A stretch of DNA of 64,000 nucleotides from Desulfatiglandales bacterium (GTDB lineage: Bacteria > Desulfobacterota > DSM-4660 > Desulfatiglandales > Desulfatiglandaceae), in NCBI GenBank assembly GCA_963662465.1, contig OY759599.1, forward strand, positions 1,152,001 to 1,216,000, given 5' to 3'. The position numbers were made by a program, and so were the translations under genes. The notes beneath the pieces were generated by a model. It did no database searches and had not been told where the DNA came from. It saw nothing but the letters and a program-made list of their open reading frames with translations. Positions 38,187-48,882 of this stretch are shown one piece after another. Positions within the stretch are counted from its first letter, which is position 1, and each line of letters begins with the position of its first letter.

Positions 38187-39161
38187 ATGACACCCGATGA
38201 AGAAAAACTGATTTCAGATTGGCATAGGGCGCTTTTCACTAAAATTCCCATTACGTGTGTTGTTTCAGATGATGATCGAAGCGGCATGTTCAGGACCTTT
38301 TGTGAGCAACTGTCGTTGTTGGCGCCAAATGTTGTGGCGACATACCGGAAAGGGGATGACGCAAAACAACCGCCGTCCCTTGAGATCCATCACGGTCTCA
38401 TTTATCACGCCGTTCCTCTGGGTCCCGAGCTGGGGCCGTTCCTGGATGTCCTTTCGTGGTCCGGCAAGGCGCCGCCGTCTGTTTCCGAAAGTGCCGCCGC
38501 CCAATTGGAACGTCTGAAAATCCCATGTTTTTTGAAACTGTTTATCGCGTCTGAGTGTCCCCATTGTCCCAAAATGGTTCAGGAACTGGCGCCCTTGGTC
38601 CTGGTAAACGAGTGGGTGAAGCTTACCATTGTCGACGGTTTGCTCTTTCCGGAAATGGCGGAACCGCTGGGCATTAAATCGGCGCCCACCCTTCTTTTTG
38701 ACGAACGCATGCGCTGGACGGGTCAAGTGCCCTTGAAGGAAATTCTGGACGTTGTTTTGAACCAGGACCCTTCTCTGATCAGTGCGTTATCCATTGAAAG
38801 CCTGCTGGGGGAAGGACAGGCTGGTCTGTTAGCCCATATGATGATGGAACAGGGAACGATTTTCCCCAGCTTTTATGAACTGCTGACCTCTGAGAAATGG
38901 TCTGTTCGATTGGGCGCCATGGTGGTCATTGAAGAAATCATTGAACAGGACAAACCCTTGGCCGAGCAATGCGTGGAGCCTCTCTGGGAAAGATTTCCTA
39001 CGCTTAATGAGCAGGTTAGAGGGGACGTGGTTTATATCCTCGGGGAAGCGGGAAACCGGGATACCATTCTCAAGCTGGAAACGGTTTTGTCAGGACCCTA
39101 CAGCCGTGAAACCCGGGAAGCGGCGGAAGAAGCGCTGGAAACCATCACCCGAAAGGTATGA
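38187..39161 (+). CDS. Thioredoxin-fold (AhpF N-terminal-like) + HEAT-repeat protein
   Basis: CPHC, SAPT; C-terminal helical repeats. Confidence 0.75.
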   Translation: MTPDEEKLISDWHRALFTKIPITCVVSDDDRSGMFRTFCEQLSLLAPNVVATYRKGDDAKQPPSLEIHHGLIYHAVPLGPELGPFLDVLSWSGKAPPSVSESAAAQLERLKIPCFLKLFIASECPHCPKMVQELAPLVLVNEWVKLTIVDGLLFPEMAEPLGIKSAPTLLFDERMRWTGQVPLKEILDVVLNQDPSLISALSIESLLGEGQAGLLAHMMMEQGTIFPSFYELLTSEKWSVRLGAMVVIEEIIEQDKPLAEQCVEPLWERFPTLNEQVRGDVVYILGEAGNRDTILKLETVLSGPYSRETREAAEEALETITRKV

Positions 39162-39231
39162 ATGTCTTGTAATCGTCAAGAGGCTTGGGATGTTCTCAGC
39201 TGCTAAATTTCACCTGGAAACCGATAATGCC

Positions 39232-41574
39232 ATGAAAAGAAAAATTGAATTACTGGCGCCAGGTGGCGATATTGATGCTATCAAAGCGGCAATTGCAGCA
39301 GGGGCGGATGCCATATACTGTGGCCTGAGTAAATTCAATGCCAGGGACAGGGCAACCAATATCAATTTTGAAGATTTAAATGGGATTTTAAATCTTGCTC
39401 ATAGAAATAATTGCAAAGTCTTTTTAACCCTTAATATCATTATCGTTGAAGGTGAAATCAGAGCCCTTATAAACTTATTGAACAAACTGATTAATACCAG
39501 TATCGATGGCGTAATTGTTCAGGATTTAGGACTGTTTTATCTATTGTCCAAATATTTCAAAGGTCTTAAAATACATGCATCTACTCAACTTACGACTCAT
39601 AATGAAGGTCAGATAAAGTTTTTAAGTAAACTAACGGCTACCCAGGTTAATCTCTCAAGAGAGTTAAATATTAATGAGATAAAAGACTTAACGTTGGTTG
39701 GACATGAAAACAATATTTTAACTGAAATTTTTGTCCATGGTTCCTACTGTATCTCTTTTTCAGGCATTTGTTATATGAGTTCTGTTCTTGGCGGGAAGTC
39801 GGGAAATCGCGGTAGATGTAGTCAACCCTGTCGAGATAGATATTTAACGACGCCCAAAGGTAAAAATTTCCCCCTTAATCTTAAAGATAACTCAGCATAT
39901 TTTGATCTGAATGAAATATATGATGCAGGCGTTGCCTCACTAAAAATAGAAGGAAGAATGAAGAAGTTTGAATACGTATATACGGTTGTGAATTGCTGGA
40001 AAAAACAACTTCTTAGTTTTTATAATCAAAATATTCTAAATACTGATAATAGAGATCTTTATACGGTGTTTAACCGAGATTTTTCAAATTCCTATCTGAA
40101 GGGAGATATCGATAACGATATGTTTATTGATAATCCCATGGATAATTCAATTAAACATCTCTCTGGAATTGGTCATTATGCTACGAATAATAAAACGGTA
40201 AATGATCCAACAGAATTTTATGAAGAAAAATCAGACATTACAATTAACGTTAAAAATATAATAAGACAATTAAGTATCGCTAAAGTTCCTTTAATATTAA
40301 GTATTTCAGGGGAATTTGGCGTTCCTTTAAAAGTATCTGTAAAAACGCCGGACGCTTCATTTATCGTGCTTTCAGAAACTAATCTTGAAAATGCCGGTAC
40401 ATACGCTCTAAACCGGCATAGTTCGAACCAAGGGGATGAGGCAAAAACAATACTGCCAGGCCGTAAAAATCTTCCCCAAAAAAACAAGAAAGGCAGTACT
40501 AAGTGCTTAAATTACGATATGTTGTTTGAAAGGTTTAAAGCCTTAAATAACACGGAATATTACATTAAGCATCTAGGATTGGAAAATCTTCAAAGTGATC
40601 TTTTTGTACCTTTTAAAGAACTCACTTCAATAAAAAAAAGAATTTTGTTTGTTTTAAATGGTTCAAAAGAAATTGTTGATCCAATTGATTTTCCATTCTT
40701 AAAAAAAACAATTACATTAAAAACGAAACCCGATCTTGCGGTATTAATCTCCTCAAAAAAAGATTTAAACTTGTATCATAATACATCCGCAAATATATTT
40801 TTTGAAATTCCAAATTGTTCTAAAGATGAACATCATGAATTGATAGATCTTTTTTTAAAAAATAAAAAATTAATGCCATGGTTCCCATCTATTTTAATAG
40901 GGGAAAACAATAATGCCGCAGTGGAATTTCTTAAAAAGGTAGAACCCAAACTGATTGTAACAAACAATACCGGAATCGCCTATGAAGCTTGTCAAAAAGG
41001 AATTCCCTGGATAGCGGGACCCTATCTTAATATTGTTAATTCCTTTAGTCTTTTATGTTTAAAAGAAAATTTTAACTGTTATGGGTCATTTATTTCAAAT
41101 GAAATAAGTAAAAAACAGATAAGAATTATCAAAAACCCTGACAGCGTCAAACTATACTATAGCATATACCATCCTATTTTACTTCTCAGCAGCAGGCAAT
41201 GTTTGTTTTCTCAGGTGATTGGGTGTGAAAAAAACAGAATTGATGAGGCATGTATTCAAAACTGTCATAGATCTTCATCCATTACAAATTTAGAAAAGGT
41301 TTCTCTTTTTATTGAAAAAACAAAGGGAAACTATCCTTGTATTTATAATAATCATAATTTCTTGAATACAGATATCGTTACTGATTTACCGGATATGTTT
41401 TCCAGTTTTTTTATCGATTTAAGGGATATAAAAACCGAAACTAAAATAGAGATGAATAAAACCGGAATCGTAACGCTTTTTCAAAATCTTCTAAATGGAA
41501 ATCCCGATTCAAAAAAGGAACTTAAAAAAATTATTCATCCCTCAACCAACGTCCAATATGTTAAAGGAATCTAA
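39232..41574 (+). CDS. U32 peptidase-family protein (RNA hydroxylation, RlhA-like)
   Basis: ELLAPGG, GADAIY, CISFSGICY, NRGRCSQPCR, LKIEGR; markedly AT-rich. Confidence 0.88.
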   Translation: MKRKIELLAPGGDIDAIKAAIAAGADAIYCGLSKFNARDRATNINFEDLNGILNLAHRNNCKVFLTLNIIIVEGEIRALINLLNKLINTSIDGVIVQDLGLFYLLSKYFKGLKIHASTQLTTHNEGQIKFLSKLTATQVNLSRELNINEIKDLTLVGHENNILTEIFVHGSYCISFSGICYMSSVLGGKSGNRGRCSQPCRDRYLTTPKGKNFPLNLKDNSAYFDLNEIYDAGVASLKIEGRMKKFEYVYTVVNCWKKQLLSFYNQNILNTDNRDLYTVFNRDFSNSYLKGDIDNDMFIDNPMDNSIKHLSGIGHYATNNKTVNDPTEFYEEKSDITINVKNIIRQLSIAKVPLILSISGEFGVPLKVSVKTPDASFIVLSETNLENAGTYALNRHSSNQGDEAKTILPGRKNLPQKNKKGSTKCLNYDMLFERFKALNNTEYYIKHLGLENLQSDLFVPFKELTSIKKRILFVLNGSKEIVDPIDFPFLKKTITLKTKPDLAVLISSKKDLNLYHNTSANIFFEIPNCSKDEHHELIDLFLKNKKLMPWFPSILIGENNNAAVEFLKKVEPKLIVTNNTGIAYEACQKGIPWIAGPYLNIVNSFSLLCLKENFNCYGSFISNEISKKQIRIIKNPDSVKLYYSIYHPILLLSSRQCLFSQVIGCEKNRIDEACIQNCHRSSSITNLEKVSLFIEKTKGNYPCIYNNHNFLNTDIVTDLPDMFSSFFIDLRDIKTETKIEMNKTGIVTLFQNLLNGNPDSKKELKKIIHPSTNVQYVKGI

Positions 41575-41611
41575 ACCGTGCCTGAACGAAAAAGCCGTTC
41601 AGGCACGGTTT
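41573..41611. terminator. 16-bp perfect stem-loop after U32 gene
   Basis: AAACCGTGCCTGAACG-7 nt-CGTTCAGGCACGGTTT. Confidence 0.7.
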
Positions 41612-41622
41612 TAGGTTTTAAG

Positions 41623-43205
41623 GGGCGACCTGCAGCCCCAGTTTTCTAAGTGACAGTGATAGTCTGTCTATGCTGTACCGCAAAATGGCATAAGGTCAAC
41701 ATTAGGATTATCTCTCCGGAGGCAAAGTTTCCGTCGTGCCCATCGAACGGGAACGCCGGAGGTAAGTGACTCACTACGCCGTAAGGCGGGTGGGAGAAGG
41801 GCTTGAGACCGATGCTCAGATCCGATTTCAGATGCCTAAGCGACGGCCGGCATTTGATTAGACCGAGGTGGCGTGGCCGTGGGACGAGGGTACCTTAAAG
41901 CCTGTAGTCCGGCCCGTTGGGGGAAAAGACGGGATCAAAGTCGAGGCATATTGCGGATAGCCTTGCTGGAAACGGTTATAAGTGATTAGGTTTGGAGAGG
42001 AGCAGAATAGAGAACTGGGGTGACCGGGTGAGATCTTGTGGAAGTCTCGCAGAATGCGAGTAGGGAACTGGGAACCTGATGCGACCATGAGAAGTCAGCG
42101 CCGTCATATTAGGCACATGGGGTCAACCTGTGCCGAAGGACGACACCGTGAAAGGTAGGTAAAGGGATATTGCGCGGGCAGGGGTACGTTCCAAGCGAAA
42201 ACGGCCCGGAACTGGCAGACAGTACCGCCGTGGTATACAGACCTATCTGGTGTAGGATGGTATCAATTGGCTAAGATTTTACACAGTGTCATAGACAAAG
42301 TTTACAACTGGGTCAACCTGGAAAAGGCATCGGCCAAGGTAATTGCCAACCGAGGCAGTGCCGGTGTTGACGGCATGGATGTGAAGGCATGGAGAGGCAA
42401 ACTTAAGGAACACCTGAGCACTTTACGGCACAGACTGATGAACGACACCTATCGGAGCAAGGCGGTCAAGCGGACTTACATTGACAAGCCTGGCAGCCGG
42501 AAGAAGCGCCCACTGGGTATTCCGGTGGTAGTGGATCGCGTGTGTCAGCAAGCTGTGCATGCGCAGCTGAGCCCTGTGTTTGAAGAATACTTCCACCCAA
42601 ACAGCTATGGTTTCCGTCCGGGGCGCAGTACACATACTGCTGCCGTCCAGGTTCAGGAGTTGAGAGGCAAAGGATATGGCTATGTGGTAGATCTTGACAT
42701 CAGAGGTTTCTTTGACCATGTGGATCATGAAATCCTGATGAAGTTGGTCGGCAAGGTGGTGAAGGATCGACGGGTCCTGGGCCTGATACGCGGCTGGCTG
42801 ACGGCTGGAGTAATGGAGGAGGGCAATATACGCTTTCAGGTCTCCGGCACACCGCAGGGTGGGGTAATCAGTCCTTTACTGAGTAACATTTACCTCACAG
42901 TGCTGGATAATGCGTTGGCGGCAAAAGGACATCCATTTGTCCGATATGCCGATGACGTGGTAATTTTCTGCCACGGGCGCGAGCAAGCAGACCAAATACT
43001 TGTCTATGTACGCCAGGTACTCAGCGAGCTCAAGCTGGAGCTTAACGATGAAAAGACCTGCGTGCGGTCATTTTCCGAAGGATTTGATTTTCTTGGATTC
43101 CATTTCAATACGCGTGGGATGAAGGTCGGGACCAAATCGCTCAAAGGCCTGTACCGTAAGGTGCGGGAGGTAACCCGACGGCAACAAGGTGATCTACCTG
43201 TGGAA
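41623..43205 (+). mobile_element. Group II intron, 3'-truncated
   Basis: GGGCGAC 5'-end-like sequence (variant of GTGCG), ~640 nt non-coding leader with GAAGTCAGC...GAAGGACG segment, then RT ORF; no D5/D6 after the IS. Confidence 0.75.
42267..43205 (+). pseudogene. ltrA: Group II intron reverse transcriptase/maturase, truncated by IS
   Basis: SAGVDG, RPLGIP, SYGFRPGR, GTPQGGVISPLLSNIYL, RYADD, FDFLGF; cut at start of the X/thumb domain. Confidence 0.9.
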
Positions 43206-45211
43206 CGCATAAGTCTAAATGTTGTGGGGTTTACTCTAACATATTGAAATTATTTCATCTGTTAAACGGTTCAGAATCAATATCCTAATCAAAGCGCATT
43301 TCGTGAGGCCAAACATTTTTTCCTGAATTCGCCTTAGCGGAAAAAAGTTAGGGACTTTTTTTGATAAGTGTGCATAATCATAGTGCAACAGTCTATGTTA
43401 AATTAGAGAGGTTGCACATGATTAATAATATTAAGAGAGCTTTGACAATGTTGGACAAAGCTCAAAACAGACTTGCAAGACAATGTTATTACGATCCAAA
43501 ACAGTATCCTGAGATTTTCTTTGAAATTGAGAAATGCATTAATGCCATCAGATCATGGATCAATGAAAGGGAGATGTTTCAATCATTGCAATATTTTTAT
43601 GTAACATTGTCTGCTCTTATTGATGAACTTGGTAGGTTAATAAGTCAATTATGGGATATTTGTAAGCCAATAAAAGGGAAAAAAAGCATTCCAAAAACAC
43701 AACGGGATCGACAGAAAATTAGAATCTTTTATTCAATTCGTTCAATGATAAGTAATATTACTAAAAAATTGAATAATGTAAAAAGTCGTGATAGTACAAT
43801 CAGTATTGCATTTGAGATAGGGATGTTAAAATCTTTTGATAAATCCATAATCGAAAATGTAAAAAAGAAAATGGAAGACCTTGTTTCTAAACGAGGAAAT
43901 CAAACATATATCTTTCCTTATAATAACACCGAAAGCTATCATGCTCTCGTAAAAGATAGTAAGAAGTTTCGCATTGAAGTATTAGATAAACTCGATAAAT
44001 ATGATCACCACACAGGCCATAATTCAACATGTTCTGGACCTAAAGAATATATTTTATCTGGTTTCCGCGGGAATCCTCGAAAAACAATAATGAATGGAGG
44101 AGAACAACAGACATTCCCAATCCGCATGATACAATGCCGGAAGTGCAAACAAAAGTTCTCTCTTGTTCCCAGCTTTCTCCCAAGGGAAAAGAATTTTGGT
44201 ATAGAGATTATTGGGCACGTATTTCGGAATATGTACCGTTTTAATGCGAGCATTCAAGGAGCCATCGAAAGCCTTAAAATTATTGGCAAAAAAAGTGTCA
44301 AAAGCAAACAGACCATCTTGAACTGGAATCGATGGGCAGGAACACTTCATCCTGCAACAATACTAACAAGAGCAGGAGTGAAAGGCTCAGGATATCTACA
44401 GGAAGATGAGGGCTTTGAAAAAGAACCAAATTTAAGAACTTATTCTGTAGTTATGGTCGATCCTGAAAATTTATTAGTATGGCACTCCGATTATGTTGAT
44501 CATGTTGATGAAGAAAACCTGTGCGGTTCATTTGAGGATTTTTTGCAAAAAATCGACTTCAAAATCCTTGGTGTAACAAAAGATAAGTGGAAAGCCTCAA
44601 CCAATGCTATCAAGACCGTATTCCATAACATTTGGGTCGGATATTGCCATCGTCATTGTTTGAAAAACTTCTACGATGCACTATCAAAATATCAAAAAGA
44701 ATCAAAATGTACCGACCAAGAAGTGGACAAGCTTTATAAAAAATTTAAGAAAGTTTTGAAAACATCCACATCTAAAGTTAACTTGGAAGTAAAGATTAAG
44801 GCATTAGATGACGATGCATTTTCTCATCCATTACTAAAAAAGAGGGTAGTAGAATTAAAAGAAAATGCCACTCATTATACCTCTCATAAAAATAGAAATG
44901 GGATAAAACAAACAACCTCCATTGTTGACAATTATTTAAAAGGAATCAAACGTAAACTAAAACAAATTGAGAGTTTTCGAGATAAGAAATGGGCAAGTCT
45001 TTTTTTTCGAGCACATGCGACTATCAGGAATTTTGTCCCATTTTTACCTGGCGCAAAAAATGCTCATAAAAGTCCCTTTGAATTAGCCAACGGCCAAACA
45101 TTTGACTTACCTTGGATTCAAGTTATGAATGTTCATAATGCATTCTTGTTTACCGAAAACGCCTTTTAATTTTGATGGGTTATACAACCCCACAACATTT
45201 AGACTTATGCG
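43206..45211 (+). mobile_element. Insertion sequence with 26-bp perfect terminal IR, family unclear
   Basis: CGCATAAGTCTAAATGTTGTGGGGTT at 43206-43231 and inverted at 45186-45211. Confidence 0.88.
43418..45169 (+). CDS. tnp: Putative transposase (RNase H-fold, CxxH motif)
   Basis: Sole long ORF between IRs; CRKC knuckle, LQEDEG, TKDKW, YCHRHC, TTSIVDNY. Confidence 0.72.
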   Translation: MINNIKRALTMLDKAQNRLARQCYYDPKQYPEIFFEIEKCINAIRSWINEREMFQSLQYFYVTLSALIDELGRLISQLWDICKPIKGKKSIPKTQRDRQKIRIFYSIRSMISNITKKLNNVKSRDSTISIAFEIGMLKSFDKSIIENVKKKMEDLVSKRGNQTYIFPYNNTESYHALVKDSKKFRIEVLDKLDKYDHHTGHNSTCSGPKEYILSGFRGNPRKTIMNGGEQQTFPIRMIQCRKCKQKFSLVPSFLPREKNFGIEIIGHVFRNMYRFNASIQGAIESLKIIGKKSVKSKQTILNWNRWAGTLHPATILTRAGVKGSGYLQEDEGFEKEPNLRTYSVVMVDPENLLVWHSDYVDHVDEENLCGSFEDFLQKIDFKILGVTKDKWKASTNAIKTVFHNIWVGYCHRHCLKNFYDALSKYQKESKCTDQEVDKLYKKFKKVLKTSTSKVNLEVKIKALDDDAFSHPLLKKRVVELKENATHYTSHKNRNGIKQTTSIVDNYLKGIKRKLKQIESFRDKKWASLFFRAHATIRNFVPFLPGAKNAHKSPFELANGQTFDLPWIQVMNVHNAFLFTENAF

Positions 45212-45322
45212 GCTCATAGATTCGAGTTCCTTTGGATGCGCTGTATTTTGCAAAAGGAATAGAATAGAAAATGAAAGAATGATAGCTATTATTGCTTTTG
45301 GCAGTTTCTCTGTTTTAGTCAC
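45212..45322 (-). pseudogene. 5' stub of a signal-peptide gene cut by the IS
   Basis: GAGAGG RBS, MTKTEKLPKAIIAIILSFSILFLLQ..., runs into the IS IR. Confidence 0.45.
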
Positions 45323-45360
45323 AAATACACCTCTCTCATAATTGATTTTTTGTTAGTTCA

Positions 45361-46619
45361 CTGAAGTTTCACCGAAATGTTCATTGTATTTTCATGCGGC
45401 CATGTGCAGCAGCGCGGTCACAAAAGATTTTCGTGAGAGTTTCTCTTGTTTGTGGCAAACGCTATCAAAATCTTCGCTCAAAGCGGCCTTCGCAATGATG
45501 TGCCTCAGATCAGAGAAGGCGAAACTGTTTCTGCCTTTGACTTTGTGGCGACGTTCGGGAGTATTTTCCAGCCGAGCGCCATAGATCCAGGTAACGGTAG
45601 CAGCCATCATAGAGAAGTTAATGTGGTTGATGACAGCATGGGCGTTGCGAGCTTGGGCTTTGCTGCTGCCAATATCCTGTTTAAGTTCTCTCGTAACGGC
45701 CTGGACTTCGCGGTAATGTCCATAGAGAAAGACGCTATAGCATGAGGCCTGAGATCTGAGCTGGGCAGCCATTTCAGCGAATAAGCCCAGACGGTTTCCG
45801 TACTTACGGGTTGCACCGCGTTGTCCCTTTTTCCGCTTCGATGGTATTGCGTAGAGAACAGTGTTGGAACGTAATCTGGAAAGCAAATTAAACAAAATGC
45901 CGAGATGCTTGTGTAGGGGCTTGAACAGGCCGTTGTTTCCAAACCAGCTATCGCAAACAATTGTTATCGGAACATTAACAAAATGCTTTGCTAATTCGAC
46001 CACCATTTCGACAGCCTGTTGTAATTTTGTTTGAAATTCTGTGGTTTCTCCAGGGACCTCCATGTTCGGTTTTTTTGCCGCAAGTGCTTTTTTTGGCAGA
46101 TAGAATCGATAGGCAAGGGGGATACAAGCCCAGCGACCTTTGATGCGCTTGAGCAAACCAACGAGAACTACGTTTTGGGCCCATGGGTATTTGGACTGGT
46201 TGGCCTTGGCGGCATGGTCGAAGATATGAGCGCAACCAAAGATCTTTCTACCTGTCTTGGGATTGATAAAATCATCAAGGGCGAGCAATAATCGCCCATC
46301 ATCCGTTAGAGGGTTGGGAATCGCGCTCCACAATTTGCGCCAGAGGTTGCTCCATGGAATTTTGTTGGATGCCATGAATATGTAAAACCGACGTTTGTTC
46401 ACATTCAAGCCAAAAAGCGTATTGATACATCGAAAAACGTTTTTTTACCATGAAAAGGAATGTAGCTCAAGAAAAAAATAACATAAGCACTCGAAAATAT
46501 TGACATAAAAATTGAAAAATTTTTCAAAATCCATGCCGGATTTTTAAATTTCAAACAAAATAACCGTTCGAAATTGCACGGCCAAAGGAAAAAGACCTCA
46601 AAAAACTGTGAAACTTCAG
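45361..46619 (-). mobile_element. Degraded IS701/IS4-like element
   Basis: IR CTGAAGTTTCAC (45361) / GTGAAACTTCAG (46608-46619). Transposase remnant 45392..46408 (LALDD, VCDSWFG) lacks its N-terminus and the segment before RELKQDIG. Confidence 0.8.
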
Positions 46620-46756
46620 CCGCCAAAGGCCATAAGGCCACATTATTATTCTCTACCACACATCAGGTAGAGCCAGTAAATACCCAACCCTTCAAAAGAG
46701 CTGGTTTCCAGAATTCAAATACGACATTTGCTTAAGTTGATAACCTCAAAATGGAC

Positions 46757-46822
46757 GAGTACGTGCATTAAGTCAGCATCCCACGTCCGCCCAATCCGTG
46801 CAAGGCTGCCAGATCAATCTTG
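46757..46822. repeat. Degenerate intergenic repeat, copy 1 (right half)
   Basis: GAGTACGTGCATTA...CGTGCAAGGCTGCCAGATCAATCTT. Confidence 0.7.
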
Positions 46823-46983
46823 CAAAATACTTCCGGAAAATCCAAAATGTAGATGATGGTAACCTCGTGCCAGGGCTACCTGACGATTTCATATAATCTC
46901 GACGACGGGTCAATCCTGCCTACAAAATTATGTGCCATCCGCCATCCCTCTCCGCAAATTACCTACTTTCAAAATTTTCTTAT

Positions 46984-48489
46984 CTACTGATTCGTCACAG
47001 AGACCGCAGAGCCATTTTCCGCATGGAATCCAGGGCTCACATGTACCATCGGCGCCTTGAATATGACCGTTGCGCCAGTCTGAACAGTAACGTCGGTGCC
47101 GATTGTGATAGAGATGGTGCCAACACATTCGCAGTTGCTGTCTGGGGCAAAGCTTTCGTTGGTCAGGACGACCGTGTCGCCCGAACACGCGGGACAAGCG
47201 ACAGTAGGATATTCGTAGGCGCCGATATCATAGGCCACACCCTGGGGCCGGCTGGTTCCATCAAGATCCGTGGTGACCTCAGAGAGGGCGGTTCCCCCGT
47301 CTTTTGCCAGCGTGGTATTCAGGAGATGATAATTGCTGCCGGGCGCCACAAATGTCTGAGGCGCCGTTTGACTGAATGACTGAGCATCTTGGGAATAGGT
47401 GGACTGCCACATTGAGAGGCTAATACTGGTTTCATCCACACTAATCTGGCCCAGGATGTTGTAGTTGCTGAAAAACCCGGTAAGGCTGGATGTGTCTATT
47501 TCAATGCCACCCCTTGCTGAATTTTCATGGATCAGAATGTTATTATAAACTTTAGACTCGCTACTGCCGTTTTTCAGGTTGATGGCCCATCGACCGTCTG
47601 TGGGCATGTGAACTGTATTATTGTAATACTTGTTGTTTTTACTGCCCCACTGATTGCCCTGACCATCGTCCCACGCTGCGATACCGCCTGCATGGTTATT
47701 GTAAATCAAGTTATTTGCAAAAAGACTATCGCGAACAGATGCCAGATTGATGGCTGCACCGCCATCTGTGCCGTTCTCATGCAAAATATTGTGGGTAACA
47801 ATACAATTGCTGCTGATTCCGTCTCCTCCCATGGAGGGGTCCGCATTGATCTGAATGCCACACCCTGCGTTATGGTGACAGACGTTGTGTTGGATAACTG
47901 CATAATCACCACTGTTGCTGTGATAGATGCCGTGCTCTTGCGTCGAGTAGGTACACTGATTGAACCGTGCGGTGAAATAATCGGAAAATGCGGTAAAAAT
48001 GCCCCACTTCTGGTTGTGATGACAGTGGCAGTATTCGACCGTAACATGACTCGTCAACCGTATATCGATTCCCGCATTGCCGGGTGCACCGGTAACTTCC
48101 AGGCCGTAAAGAATCCACCAGTCATATCCTTCTATTTCAATTATGCTGCCTTTTTTTCCATCTAAACTAACAGTATTTACCAAAACGGAAGCGCCTTCTT
48201 CAGCCTTGAATGTGATCGGCTGACCGTTTGCACCGCCGGAGGTTGCCCTAAATCCTGCATAGGTCCCGCTCCTGATAAGTACATTATCGCCTGCAATGAC
48301 GATGTCCGCCGCGTGCTGAAGTGTTCGCCAGGGATCGCCTGAAGAGCCGATACCTTCATCGCTACCTGATAACGAAACAAAGTAAGTTGCCGCAAAAACA
48401 GGCGTAGATACTAAAAGATAAAGACCACAAAGTAGCAGTGCCCCTGCAAAAAAACCCAAGTTACTGGAGATTAATAGTTTGGCCCTCAT
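46984..48489 (-). CDS. Secreted right-handed beta-helix protein with Cys-containing C-terminal domain
   Basis: Signal peptide, G.D...GS..DPWRT, PbH-like repeats, DLDG..RPQG..YDIGAYE. Confidence 0.85.
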   Translation of the reverse strand: MRAKLLISSNLGFFAGALLLCGLYLLVSTPVFAATYFVSLSGSDEGIGSSGDPWRTLQHAADIVIAGDNVLIRSGTYAGFRATSGGANGQPITFKAEEGASVLVNTVSLDGKKGSIIEIEGYDWWILYGLEVTGAPGNAGIDIRLTSHVTVEYCHCHHNQKWGIFTAFSDYFTARFNQCTYSTQEHGIYHSNSGDYAVIQHNVCHHNAGCGIQINADPSMGGDGISSNCIVTHNILHENGTDGGAAINLASVRDSLFANNLIYNNHAGGIAAWDDGQGNQWGSKNNKYYNNTVHMPTDGRWAINLKNGSSESKVYNNILIHENSARGGIEIDTSSLTGFFSNYNILGQISVDETSISLSMWQSTYSQDAQSFSQTAPQTFVAPGSNYHLLNTTLAKDGGTALSEVTTDLDGTSRPQGVAYDIGAYEYPTVACPACSGDTVVLTNESFAPDSNCECVGTISITIGTDVTVQTGATVIFKAPMVHVSPGFHAENGSAVSVTNQ

Positions 48490-48629
48490 GATTCCTCTAT
48501 TCTTACGAATTTAGACCCCCAATTCTGTATTTAGGAAAGGGGCCTTAAGGGATTCTATTGTAGTTTGATGCTTCCAGGGGCATAGATGCAGGAATACTCA
48601 GAGTGATGCCTCCAGAGGAATCTGAGATG

Positions 48630-48711
48630 ACAGATATTGTGGCCCATCCGAATCCGATCTTAAATGAGAAAGATTCTGCCAAATTTTAACAAGACTGCCA
48701 AAACAATACTT
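48630..48711. repeat. Degenerate intergenic repeat, copy 2 (internally deleted)
   Basis: CAGATATTGTGG...CAAGACTGCCAAAACAATACTT. Confidence 0.5.
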
Positions 48712-48882
48712 GAAAAGTGTTTGCTGTAGGATACATATTTAATTGTTGCCAAATCAGACGACCTTAAAACAGAACCTTGCTTGCATTAATCCTCTTAATT
48801 GGCAACAGGCCAATCCTGCCGTCAAAAAGACCGTGTAATCGGCAATCGTCCCTCTCGATAAATTCCCTCTCCTGAAATATCC

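Noticed and set aside
42267..43247. RT as the DGR reverse transcriptase for the Lcl protein
   Set aside because: Motifs (GTPQGGVISPLL, YADD, RT0 AGVDG) and the long RNA leader are group II intron type; no avd gene or AAC-rich template nearby; truncated.
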